Below the pieces are notes generated by a model that was not told the origin of the DNA, did no database searches, and worked only from the letters and a program-made list of their open reading frames with translations. The position numbers were made by a program, and so were the translations under genes. A stretch of DNA of 64,000 nucleotides from Octopus sinensis (Eukaryota). Shown one piece after another: positions 36,846-50,220 of this stretch (its first letter is position 1; every line of letters starts with the position of its first letter). The DNA lies in assembly GCF_006345805.1 (NCBI RefSeq), contig NC_043015.1, positions 43,152,001 through 43,216,000 of the forward strand. The letters are read 5' to 3'.

Positions 36846-37892
36846 ATGAAATAAGAAACTAGGTCGAAGCCTGTTGTGTATGTATGTGTGTCTTAGTGTT
36901 TGTCCTCTCCCCACCATGTGAGAGATGTTGGTTTGTTTACCATGTGAGAGGTGTTGGTTTGTTTACATCCCCAGTAATCAAGAGCGAAACAGAGTGATTG
37001 TCTAAGTGCCAGACTTATACACAAAATTAACCGGTTCAGTTAACTAGACCCTTCAAGACAGTGCCCCAGCATGGGCACAGTCCAATGACAGAAACAGATA
37101 AAAAACAAAAAAGACAAAAAAAAAAGAAAATTTTTATATTTATAGAACAAGGGTTAAACCAAAAACCCAAATCCAAAATTTATTAGCATTTTGTTCTTAG
37201 AAACAGAATTAATCTCACTAGATCCTCTTTTACAGAAAATCCTTAAAACTGATTTATTTCCAATGCAAAAAATAACCAAAATAAATACCTATAAAATTGG
37301 AAAATTTAACCTTTTTATAACCATAATTCCTGCTGAAATACATTGACTGCTTTTTTTTTCAATTAATTTCGAAGCCACTGAAGTATTTAATGAAATAAAC
37401 AACATTCTCAGGTTAGTGTTTGGAACATAATTCAACGTGGAATTTCGACGGAAGATTTTAATTTAGCTAAAATTAAAAGGGGAAGTTTGTATCATAAAAA
37501 CAGGGGCAGTCTCGGGCAAGTCACTTTCAAAAGAGTTATTGTATTATATTACAATAAAATAGTCAGAATTGATATGTTTTCACCGATTCCAACTTTGGTA
37601 ACCGAATAAAAATTGCAATAGATGCCAACTACCCAGCTCCGACGCAGAATCTGTTGCTTCTCAAATGTTGGTTTTTCTCGGCGAATATCTTGGAGATGGT
37701 GCGATAAATCCTTAAAGTTCAGTTTTATTAGTATCGGAGACACTTAATAAAAGAGAAAATTACAAGTTACAGAACCAACCAAATTTAGAAGACTGTCACT
37801 CATAATGATTTTACAATAAAAATGGAATGTGCTTTTGCTGCCAAAATAGATTTTTAAAAATAACGCTATTTTGATATGATTCTCCTGATTAA

Positions 37893-37983
37893 TGTGTGTG
37901 TATATACATACATATATGTGTGTATATATATGTATGTATTTATATATATATATATAATTATATATATATATATATATAATATC

Positions 37984-38017
<34 letters not shown>

Positions 38018-38157
38018 ATATTATATATATATATACCTATATATAATATATATATATATATATAATATATATATATATATATCTATATATATATATATAT
38101 ATATAATATATATATATATATGTATGTATATATATATAATGTATATATATATGTATG

Positions 38158-38193
<36 letters not shown>

Positions 38194-38477
38194 TTATATA
38201 TATATATAATATATATATATATATTATATATATATATAATATATATATATGTATGTGTAATATATATATGTATGTATATATATATATGTATGTATATATA
38301 TATATGTATGTATATATATTATATATATGTATGTATATATATATGTATATGTATAATATATATATATATGTATGTGTATATATATATATGTATGTATATA
38401 TATATGTATGTATGTATATATATATGTATGTATATATATATATATGTATGTATGTATATATATATATATATATATAT

Positions 38478-38521
<44 letters not shown>

Positions 38522-38690
38522 CACACACATCTATATAAAGATATACATACATATTTATATGTACGTACACATACACACACATATTTATACACCTCTCACT
38601 TTATATATTATATATATATATATTCATACACGCACGCACACACATCTAAATATGTGTGTATATACACCCACACATCCATTTCATTATATA
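37893..38690. repeat. Long (AT)n/(ATGT)n microsatellite
   Basis: Directly visible. Confidence 0.95.
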
Positions 38691-39017
38691 TACATTGAAT
38701 CTAAAATTTATATTATTTTTACATATTTATTTTTATTTGTGTTCTTTTTCTGTCAGTCAAAATTTTTGCCAAAACGTTCTCTTCGTGCAAGAAATATTAA
38801 AATAATTGACCATAATAATCATTTCCAATATTATAATGATTTCCAACACTCACAATTGTCCATAATAATAATAATAATTATTATTATTATTATTATTATT
38901 ATCATCATTATTAAGGCAGCGAGCTGAATCGTTAGCACACCAGATGAAATACGGAGTTCAAATGCTGTCGAGGTCAACTTTGCCTTTCGTCCTTTAAGGG
39001 TCAATGAAGTAAGTACC

Positions 39018-39248
39018 TATTTCTTTATTACCCACAAGGGGCTAAACACAGAGGGGACAAACAAGGACAGACATAGGTATTAAGTCGATTACATCGACCC
39101 CAGTGCGTAACTGGTACTTAATTTATCGACCCCAAAAGGATGAAAGGCAAAGTCGACCTCGGCGGAATTTGAACTCACAACATAACGCAGACGAAATACC
39201 GCTAAGCATTTCGCCCGGCGTGCTAACGATTCTGCCAGCTCGCTGCCT
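39018..39248 (-). mobile_element. Young full-length SINE B inserted antisense into an older SINE B, with a 17-bp TSD
   Basis: TSD TCAATGAAGTAAGTACC at 39001-39017 and 39249-39265; host element spans about 38913-39352(+). Confidence 0.9.
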
Positions 39249-39360
39249 TCAATGAAGTAAGTACCAGTGAAGTACGGGGGGAGAGGGGGTGATGTAATTG
39301 ACTAAACCCCTCCCCTCGAAATTTCAGGCCTTATGTCTATAGCAGAAAGGATTAACATCC

Positions 39361-39400
<40 letters not shown>

Positions 39401-39486
39401 GGCGGTGAGCTGGCAGAATTGTTAGCACACTGGACGAAATGCTTAGCGGTATTTCTCTCGTTGTTATGTTCTGAGTTCAAATTCCG

Positions 39487-39780
39487 CTTTCTCACTATAA
39501 AAATCTGCAAATTGAAATCACAGAAATACAGAAGCTTAGTACTACGATAACACAAGTAGTGATTGGTGCATTGGGGATGATGAAAAAGGGACTCCCTGGT
39601 AACTCCAATCTCCATGAGCCACAGAAGATAACCTGGATCGGTACAGTCCATATCCTTCAGAAAGCACTCTCCATCTAAAATGGAATAAATGTGGTGAAAA
39701 CAAAAGCACCCTTGCTACCCTTGGCCTCCGGAGGATGCCCGGTTCTCTTAAAGCTGTAATGAAAGGAAACAAAAATAATA
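39487..39780 (+). mobile_element. 3' fragment of an RLE-type non-LTR retrotransposon (R4/Dong-like)
   Basis: 39487-39678 translates LSHYKNLQIEITEIQKLSTTITQVVIGALGMMKKGLPGNSNLHEPQKITWIGTVHILQKALSI*. This fits the KY.DL..EI...W.......PVVIGALG ... IQK..LLGT..ILR C-terminus of R4-clade proteins, and is followed by a short 3' UTR and AAAATAATAAT. Confidence 0.8.
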
Positions 39781-40552
39781 ATCCTTTCTACTAGAGACAA
39801 AAGGCTTGGAATTTTTTAACCCCAGTACGCAGCTGGTACTTATCAACCCAGAAAGGTTGACAGGTAAAATTGGCTCTGGTGGTATTTGAACTCAGAACAT
39901 AAAAAGCCAGGTGCAATGCCACAGAGCATTTTGTCCGGCATGCAAACAATTTTTTTTTCTCATTCAAAGCTACGATATATTTATAATGATATGAAAATCA
40001 TTAGAAAATACAATATTTTACAGAAAAAAAAACAAATAAAATTACTTAATAAATGAAAAATGTCTAGAGAGAAAATATAAACATCTTAGACTTAATAATG
40101 GAAATACCAAATAATCAAAAAAAAAATTTCAATTTTTTTGAGAAATGAAAAATTAAATAATTTTAGAGTTCGTCACAGGATTAAAAAGTGATGACTGATA
40201 ATAATCCCATTTATTGATTTTTAATATATATTTTCTTATTTTTCATTAAGAGTGATTGATTTTTGGTAAATAATCTGTCCTGTGTGTACATGTGTATCCA
40301 CAGGTGTGTTTGTACATTTTTGTAAGGTAGATTACAAACAGAAGTCATGTGGATATATTCACACACTGTATGTGTGTGTGTGTGTGGTGTGTGTGTGTGT
40401 GTGTGTTAACCCACAAATCCATATCCATATGTGAGAATATAGTCCAGTGAACTAATCTCAGTCACTGCATGGCACTTGGAGCAAGTGCCTTCCACTATAG
40501 CCCTAGGCCAACCAAAGCCCTGCAAGTGGATTTCTCATATAAATGTATAGAT

Positions 40553-40940
40553 AGGCGCAGGAGTGGCTGTGTGGTAAGTAGCTTGCTAACCAACCACATG
40601 GTTCCGGGTTCAGTCCCACTGTGTGGCATCTTGGGCAAGTGTCTTCTGCTATAGCCCCGGACCGACCAATGCCTTGTGAGTGGATTTGGTAGACGGAAAC
40701 TGAAAGAAGCCTGTCGTATATATGTATATATATATGTATGTGTGTCTGTGTTTGTCCCCCTAGCATTGCTTGACAACCGATGCTGGTGTGTTTACGTCCC
40801 CATCACTTAGCGGTTCGGCAAAAGAGACCGACAGAATAAGTACTAGGCTTACAAAGAATAAGTCCCGAGGTCGATTTGCTCGACTAAAGGCAGTGCTCCA
40901 GCATGGCCGCAGTCAAATGACTGAAAAGTGTAAAAGAGTA
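40553..40940 (+). mobile_element. SINE family A, full length
   Basis: Matches family A; flanked by TAGATA-type repeats. Confidence 0.9.
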
Positions 40941-41219
40941 TAGATATATAGGTAGACAGATATAGATAAATAGATATCAATAGATAGATAAAAGTGATTG
41001 ATTTTTGGTAAGTTATCTATCGTGTGTGGTAGATTACAAACAAGAGTCATGTGGATATATTCACACACTGTGCGTGTGTGTGTGTGTGTGTGTGAACCCA
41101 CAAATCAATAGGTGAGAATTTATTCCAGTGAACTAATTTCAGTCACTGCATGGCACTTGGAGTGTCTTCCACTATAACCCTAGGCAAACCAAAGCCCTGC
41201 AAGTGGATTTCTCATATAA

Positions 41220-41335
41220 ATAGATGGATGGATAGATAGATAGATAGATGGATAGACAGACAGACAGATAGATAGATAGACTGATAGATAAAGAGAGAGA
41301 GACAGACAGACAGAGAGATAGACACACAGACAGAG

Positions 41336-41378
<43 letters not shown>

Positions 41379-41585
41379 CAGAGATAGACAGACACACAGA
41401 CATATAGATAGCCACACAGAGATAGATAGATAGATAGATAGACAGGGATAGACGTAGAAAGATAGATAGACAGAGACATAGATAGATAGACAGAGATATA
41501 GATAGATAAATAGTAAACAGATAGAGAGAGAGATAGATAGAGATAAACAGACAGGTAAACATAGACAAACAGACAGACGGATGGA
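41220..41585. repeat. (GATA)n/(GACA)n microsatellite
   Basis: Directly visible. Confidence 0.95.
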
Positions 41586-41800
41586 TATATAACTCAATAT
41601 CTTAAAGTACTGCTTGCAACCACAGCAACAAGAGTTACAGTCTGTTCTCCCCACCCCTCAGCACTTCACCAGTTTTAAAAAACCCTACAGCAAAATAAAT
41701 AAACTAAAATACGATAAAATAAACTAAAAATGGTAAAAGAAAAGATGCACTTCCTCCTCTAAACAGGCCACAAAATATTCAAAGAAAAAACAAAAAACAT

Positions 41801-42180
41801 AGGAGTGGCTGTGTGGTAAGTAGATTGCTAACCAACCATATGGTTCCGGGTTCAGTCCTACTGCGTGGCATCTTGGGCAAGTGTCTTCTGCTATAGCCCC
41901 GGGCCACCAATGCCTTGTGAGTGGATTTGGTAGACGGAAACTGAAAGAAGCCTGTCGTATATATGTATATATATACATATGTGTGTGTGTGTGTTTGTCC
42001 CCCTATCATTGCTTGACAACCGATGCTGGTGTGTTTACGTCCCCGTCACTTAGCGTTTCGGCAAAAAGAGACTGATAGAATAAGTACTAGGCTTACAAAG
42101 AATAAGTCCCGGGGTCGATTTGCTCGACTAAGGGCGGTGCTCCAGCATGGCCGCAGTCAAATGACTGAAACAAGTAAAAG
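41801..42180 (+). mobile_element. SINE family A
   Basis: Matches family A. Confidence 0.9.
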
Positions 42181-42509
42181 AAAAGAAAAGAAAGAAAGAT
42201 AAAGAAAGAAAAAGAGAGTGAAACAAAAGCCCAATGAAAATTGCTTTAGACCAGGATGGAGAATGCTCTGATATGGAAGGTCAACATCCTAGATAGAATC
42301 TGCAAACGCAGCCAGGATATTCTTTAAGTGCAGCTAAATGCATAGGCATAGACACATATTTACTAATATAATCACAGTAATTAATGATTTAGCTTCATTA
42401 ATTAATTAATTGTGTCCCATCTTTGTGGGATTGTATTTAGTCACCGCAACTGACCTCGTCCACCTCAAATTCAGCTTCCACTCCTATGACAGTTATCTGA
42501 TTTCTTTTT

Positions 42510-42840
42510 TTCCTTGTTTCATTTACAGGATTGTAGCCATGCTGGAGCACCACCTTCAAAGGTTATTTTTTTTTTTTCTCTCAAATCAAATAAATCAACT
42601 TTAACACTTATTTTATCAGTCGATTTTTGCCGAGTTGCTAAGTTACAGGGATGGAAGCAAGCAAACAGCAGTAGGCAACGACAAAAGCAGACACAAAGAC
42701 GCACAATATATATATATATATATCTATATATATATATATACATACACACGTGTAATATATATATATACATACATGTATGTGTGTATATATATATGTATGT
42801 GTGTATGTATATACACACCTATACGATGGTGGGAGTACAA

Positions 42841-42890
<50 letters not shown>

Positions 42891-43055
42891 GCGACGGGCT
42901 TCGCTCAGTTTCCGTCTACCAAATCCACTTGCAAGGCTTTGGTCGGCCCGAGGCTATAGTAGAAGACACTTGCCCAAGGTGACACGCAGTGGGGACTGAA
43001 CCCAGAACCATGTGGCTGGTAAGCAAGCTACTTACCACACAGCCACTCCTCCACC
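42510..43055 (-). mobile_element. SINE family A (composite/diverged) with an expanded internal microsatellite
   Basis: Head at 42890-43055 is well conserved; the 3' part is diverged. Confidence 0.8.
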
Positions 43056-43483
43056 TACAACGTAAAAGAATAAGAATTCGGAATCTGGGCAGTCACCTGA
43101 CCAATATCCTGAAATAAACCCAGGTCCTGCTCAACCAAATCAAATGACACAGAACGCGTAACACTGTTGAATGTAAGCAATTTACACAGACTGTGTCACG
43201 CAAGAAAATAAATCCCAATTTCACTTCCTTGGATTTCATACAACACAACACAAATATTCAATACATCCATAAAAAAGGACAATGTAGAATAATACATCCT
43301 CAAAAACCTGTTTGTTTACAGTGTTATGCGTAAGACACATTCTTGTTGAATTTCCGTCTGACACGTGTTTCTGTTACAACAGTGTTCTAATGGAGATGGA
43401 AAGCCAATGTGAATGCATTGGGAAGAACAATACGGTAATAAACAGGTTTTGAAGATCTAGAATTCCCCCATTCTTTCTTATGA

Positions 43484-44110
<627 letters not shown>

Positions 44111-44499
44111 CAAAGGGTTTCCACACAGTTTCTGTCTACCAAATCCACTCACAAGGCATCGGTTGATGCAAGGCTATTAGTAGAACACACTTAGTCAAGT
44201 TGCCATGCAGTGGAACTGACCCCTAAACCCTTACGGTTGTAAAACAAGCTTCTTAACCACATAGCCATACCTGAACTAACTAAATTATTTTTCTCTTGAA
44301 GTTTCTTTTATTTAAAAAAAAAAAAAATATCTTATATCCTGAACAATATCCTTGTTAATTGTGTTCCTTAACGAGCCTATTACTACACTGCATTTCCAAT
44401 TCCGGTGAAGAGAATGACAATGGATTAATTTATACAACTTGGCTTGGAGCAAATACCAAACAAAGGAGTTTTATTTTTAATAATTTTCTCTTTTCGCAT

Positions 44500-45030
44500 A
44501 GCTGTGTGGTTAAAAAGCTCAAATTTCAACCATGTGGCTCTGGGTTCAGTCCCACTGCACTGCACATTAGGCAAGTGTTTCCTACTATAATGCAGAGCCA
44601 AACAATTCCTTATGATTGAAATTTAGTAGATGGAAACTGTTTGGAAGCCCACCGTATATATATTCTTTTCTTCTTACATTCTTTGACACTTAAAAGCACC
44701 AACCGATCGTGGCCGTTTTCCAGCCTCCTCTGGCCCTGTGCCGATGGCATGTAAAAAACACCCACTACACTGGCCTGAACTCTTTGCATGAACACCTTCC
44801 CTGTACATAACTCCATGTCCCCCTACATGGCCTTGCTTTTTGCTTTTTGAGCCAAAAAATTAACTTAACACTCACGGAGTAGTTGGCGTTAGGAAGGGCA
44901 TCCAGCTGTGGAAACACTGCCAAACCAGACAGGAGCCTGGTGCAGCCTTCATGGCATACCAGACCCCAGTCGAACCGTCCAACCCATGCCAGCATGGAAA
45001 ACGGACGTTAAATGATGATGATGATGATGA
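44500..45030 (+). mobile_element. Family A-like head with a family D tail
   Basis: GCTGTGTGGTTAAAAAGC..GGGTTCAGTCCCACTGC head; D tail ending in (GAT)n. Confidence 0.75.
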
Positions 45031-45898
45031 TATATAGATATATAGTTATATATCTAATCTCATTGTCCTCCACTGTAACTTGGTCATGTCATGTGTTCTC
45101 CTCCTTGCTCTTCACTCTCCTCTCCTGTCCTCTCTTTCTTTCTCTCTAACATCAATCTTTTCCTCTCCCGCATCTTCCCCATCCAGTTACTCTTTTGGCT
45201 TCAAGGAAACAACAGCAATGCTGTTATTGTCGGTCGTTTATCATTAACGCAAGCTAATGGAAAACTTCCAGTCTTGCTGTTTAACTTCCCCCATCGACAA
45301 TTATTATAAACTAATCAGTTAAGCGTTAAGATTATTGTCTTTTTTTTTCGGTCTTTAGCTCTTCAGAGCACACGGAATTACAACTGAGGTTTCTTTGCCT
45401 CTAGATAAAACTTCCAAGTTGTTCTAAAAACAATTTAGTGTGTCAAATTTTAACTCCATTGTACTTTGATCATAGAATGCACATTTCTACCTCCATTCCT
45501 GTCTTTCTAGCTCCCATCTCGTCTGATATCCCCTCTATCTTCTCTATTTAGTCAATATTTTGGCTTCAAGAGAACATGCTGTTGTTGTTAATTATAACTA
45601 AGTGAAGACTTGCAATTTGCTGTTTAGCTTCACCACCAACACCACCAGTACCCTACACCTAAACAATTATTACAGCTAATTAATTAGCTCTTAAGTACTG
45701 TCTTCTTGTCATTAGTCTTTAGTTTAGCATTTCAGTGCATACTGAAATATACAAAAAAAAAAAGCTGTTTCTGTTTTCTCTAAAGTAATGGTTCTCAACC
45801 AGGGTTCATTAAAAATTTTGGAGGTCCATGCAACAATAGTAAATTAAGGGTCCACAATAGTATTTTAAGGACCTCTGAAAAAATGTTTGCTTTAGATA

Positions 45899-46170
45899 GG
45901 CGTAGGAGTGGCTGTGTGGTAAGTAGCTTGCTTACAAACCACATGGTTCTGAGTTCAGTCCCACTGTGTGGCACCTTGGACAAGTGTCTTCAACTATAGC
46001 CTTGGGCCAACCAAAGCCTTGTGAGTGGATTTGGTAGATGGAAACTGAAAGAAGCCTGTTGTATATATATATGTATGTGTCTTTGTTTGTCCCCTCAACA
46101 TCACTTGACAACTGATGGTGGTGTGTTTACGTCCCCGTAACTTAGCAGTTAGGCAAAAGAGACCAATAGT
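45899..46170 (+). mobile_element. SINE family A (3'-truncated), adjacent to a hAT-like MITE end at about 45787
   Basis: Matches family A; upstream ATGGTTCTCAACCAGGG resembles the terminus at 49813. Confidence 0.8.
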
Positions 46171-46654
46171 CAACATGTAGGTGTCTGTGTCTCATGACAC
46201 CTTGAGTATACATGTAATTATGGCTTCCTGCAAATACAGCTAAATGTAGCAAAGTTTTTGGGGCCCTCTTATCACAGGTTTTATGAAAAGCGACAAGAAC
46301 TGACACCCATCATATTAATAATTATTTCTAATAATCCATTAAAAGGTAAACGTAAAGTTACACTCTCATGTCATGCTGACTCATAAGGGCTGGCTTCCCA
46401 GTTTCCAAGCAGTCGGATTGAACCCAGGACCATGTGGTTGGGGAGCAAGCTTCCTACCACACAGCCATGCTTGTATTGTAAGTATATCTTAAAAAGTGTT
46501 GGGATTTTTCAGTGACTAAAAATAGACGGCAACAAGTATGTACTTTGCAATAAATGAATAATAAAGAGAAAAGCGACTACGATTGTTTAATGGGTGAGCA
46601 TCGAGTAAGTGACTATATAGTCAATGGTTGATAAGGTGACGAGTAGAGAGTTAG

Positions 46655-46826
46655 AAGGGAGAGAGAGAGACATGGGTTTGAAAACATGGCGAGAGAGAGC
46701 AGAGAGAGAGAGAAAGCAAGAAAAGGGTGTTTAAAAAATGTGGATTGCGGGAGGGAGAGGAAGAAGAGAAAGGTAAAGAAAGAGAGAGAGAGAGAGACAT
46801 GGTTTGAAAACATGGCGAGAGAGAGC

Positions 46827-46873
<47 letters not shown>

Positions 46874-47276
46874 AAGAGCAATGAAAGGAGAGAGAGAGAG
46901 AAAGAGCAATGAAAGGAGAGAGAGAGAGAAAGAGCAATGAAAGGAGAGAGAGAAAGAGCAATGAAAGGAGAGAGAGAGAAAGAGCAATGAAAGGAGAGAG
47001 AGAGAAAGAGCAATGAAAGGAGAGAGAGAGAAAGAGCAATGAAAGGAGAGAGAGAGAAAGAGCAATGAAAGGAGAGAGAGAGAAAGAGCAATGAAAGGAG
47101 AGTGAAAGAGCAATGAAAGGAGAGAGAAAGAGCAATGAAAGGAGAGAGAGAGAAAGAGCAATGAGAGGAGAGAGAGAAAGAGCAATGAAAAGAGAGAGAG
47201 AGTGAAAGAGCAATGAAAAGAGAAAGAGAGCAATGAGAGGAGAAAAATAATGAAAGGAGAGTGAGAAAGAGCAATG

Positions 47277-47310
<34 letters not shown>
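46655..47310. repeat. Polypurine minisatellite (GA)nAAGAGCAATGAAAGGA, about 15 units
   Basis: Directly visible. Confidence 0.95.
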
Positions 47311-47314
<4 letters not shown>

Positions 47315-47489
47315 ACGAATGATATTCGATATATTTGTAAAAATATTTTAAATAAATAGACATTGAGAATATTCGATGCCGAGGTTTTTCCCTGTTCCTA
47401 CTCGAAGTTCCGCTTTGAACAAATGTATAACATATATGTACTACTTGCAGTTAAAATACTTCTTCCACCTCCTACTTGTGTATATATAT

Positions 47490-47541
<52 letters not shown>

Positions 47542-47754
47542 CATATGCGTGAATATTTACGTATCATATTACTTAGGTAGAAACATATGTATGCGCGTGT
47601 ATATCTCCCTCTCTCAATATATATATATATGTATGTATATATATACACACACACGTCTGTATGTATACACCCAACCCAAACGATAGACAGTGTCTTATTA
47701 AATGGCTGCACAACAATCACGCGCACCCGCATGCTTTTTCTCTGAAACCATAAT

Positions 47755-47798
47755 CATACATACATACATACAGACCTACATACATACACACACACGTT

Positions 47799-47837
<39 letters not shown>

Positions 47838-47944
47838 ACATACATACAGACCTACATACATACACACACGTTTATATATATACTCTACCACTGGTATTTG
47901 AGTACTCTTTTTTCCACCTTGTTTCACATTTATGTGTTTACTCC

Positions 47945-48004
<60 letters not shown>

Positions 48005-48392
48005 TGTATTTGTGTATAAATGTACACAAATATTAATGCGTGTGTGTATAAATGTACACATACATTAATGTGTGTAGGTGCGTGCGTGTATATATATCGA
48101 TATGGTTAGCACATGATATCAATCTATATATATATGTGATAACTAGTAATATTATATATATTATATATATATATGTATACATACATACAGACCTACATAC
48201 ATACACACACGTTTATATATATATATATGTATGTATGTATGTATGTGTGTGTATAAATGTACACAAATATTAATGTGTGTGTGTATAAATGTACAAACAT
48301 TAATATGTGTGTTTGTGCGTGCGTGTAGATATATCGATATGGTTAGCACATGATATCAATCTATATATGTGTGTGTGATAACTAGTAATATT
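47755..48392. repeat. Microsatellite-rich local tandem duplication
   Basis: CATACATACAGACCTACATAC occurs three times; ATATCGATATGGTTAGCACATGATATCAATCTAT...GATAACTAGTAATATTA occurs twice. Confidence 0.85.
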
Positions 48393-49812
48393 AACCACCG
48401 GGGAAGGTAATAACTAGTTTATTAAACTATAATTGACGTTTCCGTTTGGTATCAACGATGTATTTATGTTGAATTTAATTACTGTCAGGTGGAGACGAGG
48501 TGATGGCGTGCAAGCCTGCATGCATGTCATATATGTATGCGTGTTTGTCAAGTATGTTGAAGTATCCATGATGAGATAAGAACTCGGAATCTGTCGATAG
48601 AGAGAGAGAGGAAAGAACCAAACCACGTGCGCGCGTGTGTGTGCGTGAGGGACTTACGTTTCGGCGGAGAGGGAGAGAGAAAGGGAAAAGGCGAGAAAAG
48701 GAGGGAAAGGAAAAAGAGAGAGAGAGGTGGAGGAGTTAGACTTGGTCTCACCTCCCCTTCACTATCAACGAACGTCTTAAATGGTTTCGTGGTTGCTTAG
48801 ACCTACCTGCTAGAAATAACTGCCAAATCTCCCTAGACTCTCACAAATCGATCGTCTTCGAGAGAGAAAATAAAAGAACACTACAAGGTAGACAGACTAG
48901 CGTTCGAACCAAGGAACATCCCTAGGAATGTGCAGTCCGACGTACTAAATATAGTAGCCAAACCCAACTCAAATCACACCTACTGTCTGAATAAACATAC
49001 ACACACGCACACAAATATTAACAGACAAACCCTTTCGAGCTATCGAAAAGAGCCTATGTGGATGCTGCTCGAACTGCTAGAAATAATAGTCAAATCTATT
49101 TCAAATCGTGTCAACCCTACTCGAAAGAGAAGCACACATAGGATAACAAAGTCACACACACATAAAATAAAAGGTAGGGGTGGTTGAGAACATCACAGCT
49201 GATATGGCGGCAGGTAGCTAAACCAACATCAGGATGATAATTGTTTCCACAATAGGCGCAAGGCATGAAATTTGGTAGGGAAGACAGTAAGTCGATTACA
49301 TCAACCCCAGTGCTCAACTAGTCCATTATTTTATCTTCTCTGAAAAGATGAAAGGTAAAGTAGAACCTGGCGGAATTTGAACTCACACCGCGAGGACGGA
49401 CGAAATGCCGCTAAGCATTTGTGTCTGAAACGCTAAATGAGTCTACCAGCTCGCAGCTTTCACCATAACAATGACTGTTTCTGATATCAGTACAAGGCCA
49501 ACAACATCTGAGGGGAAAGTGCTTAGTCAATACTAATGCTCCTCTAGTTTTTAACTGGTACTTCTTAATTTTATCGACCCCAAAAGAATGAAAGGTAAAG
49601 CTGAATTCTGCAGGATTTCCACTAAGATCGTAAAAAGACGGCACAAATACCGTACTTGACAGGTACTCAATTTTATCGACCGCCAACGACGAAAGACAAA
49701 ACTGATTTCGCAGGTACTTTATTTTCTCGATTACGAGAGGACAAACGGCTAAGTTAAACTCAGATCACACACCTGTAATATATACTACGGGGTGTTTTTC
49801 TAAGCTGGAAAC

Positions 49813-50220
49813 CCAGTGGTTCTCAACGGAGTACCATATAATAATAATAATAATAATAATTGTGTACAGTGCTCAGGTGCACTACAACTCATCTAAAGTG
49901 TATATATAATCAGGTGTAGTTTTGGCGGATTTCGGAAAGCATGAGGGCCTTAAAGGATGCAGTGTCATGGCAGTCAACAATATGACTCGTGCGGTCTAAT
50001 AAAAGATTTGGCCGTTAAAATTCATCTACAATAAATCGCCCATACTTCTACAATACACAAAACATCGATATTTCAATTTCTTTAATACAATTTCTAATAA
50101 TATCTAATTATAAAATGCAGTAGAATTTTTTTTTAAATACACATCGAATGCCTACGGAAGGGTATGCAGGGTAAAGTAGGAATCGAATGGGTCCATAGGG
50201 AAAAACTGGTTGAGATCCTG
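49813..50220. mobile_element. hAT-like MITE interrupted by a CR1/L2-type 3' fragment (about 49840-49980, minus strand)
   Basis: CAGTGGTTCTCAAC ... GGTTGAGATCCTG termini; the insert reads VDCHDTASFKALMLSEIRQNYT* followed by GTGCACCTGAGCACTGTAC and (ATT)n, homologous to 36660-36845. Confidence 0.7.
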
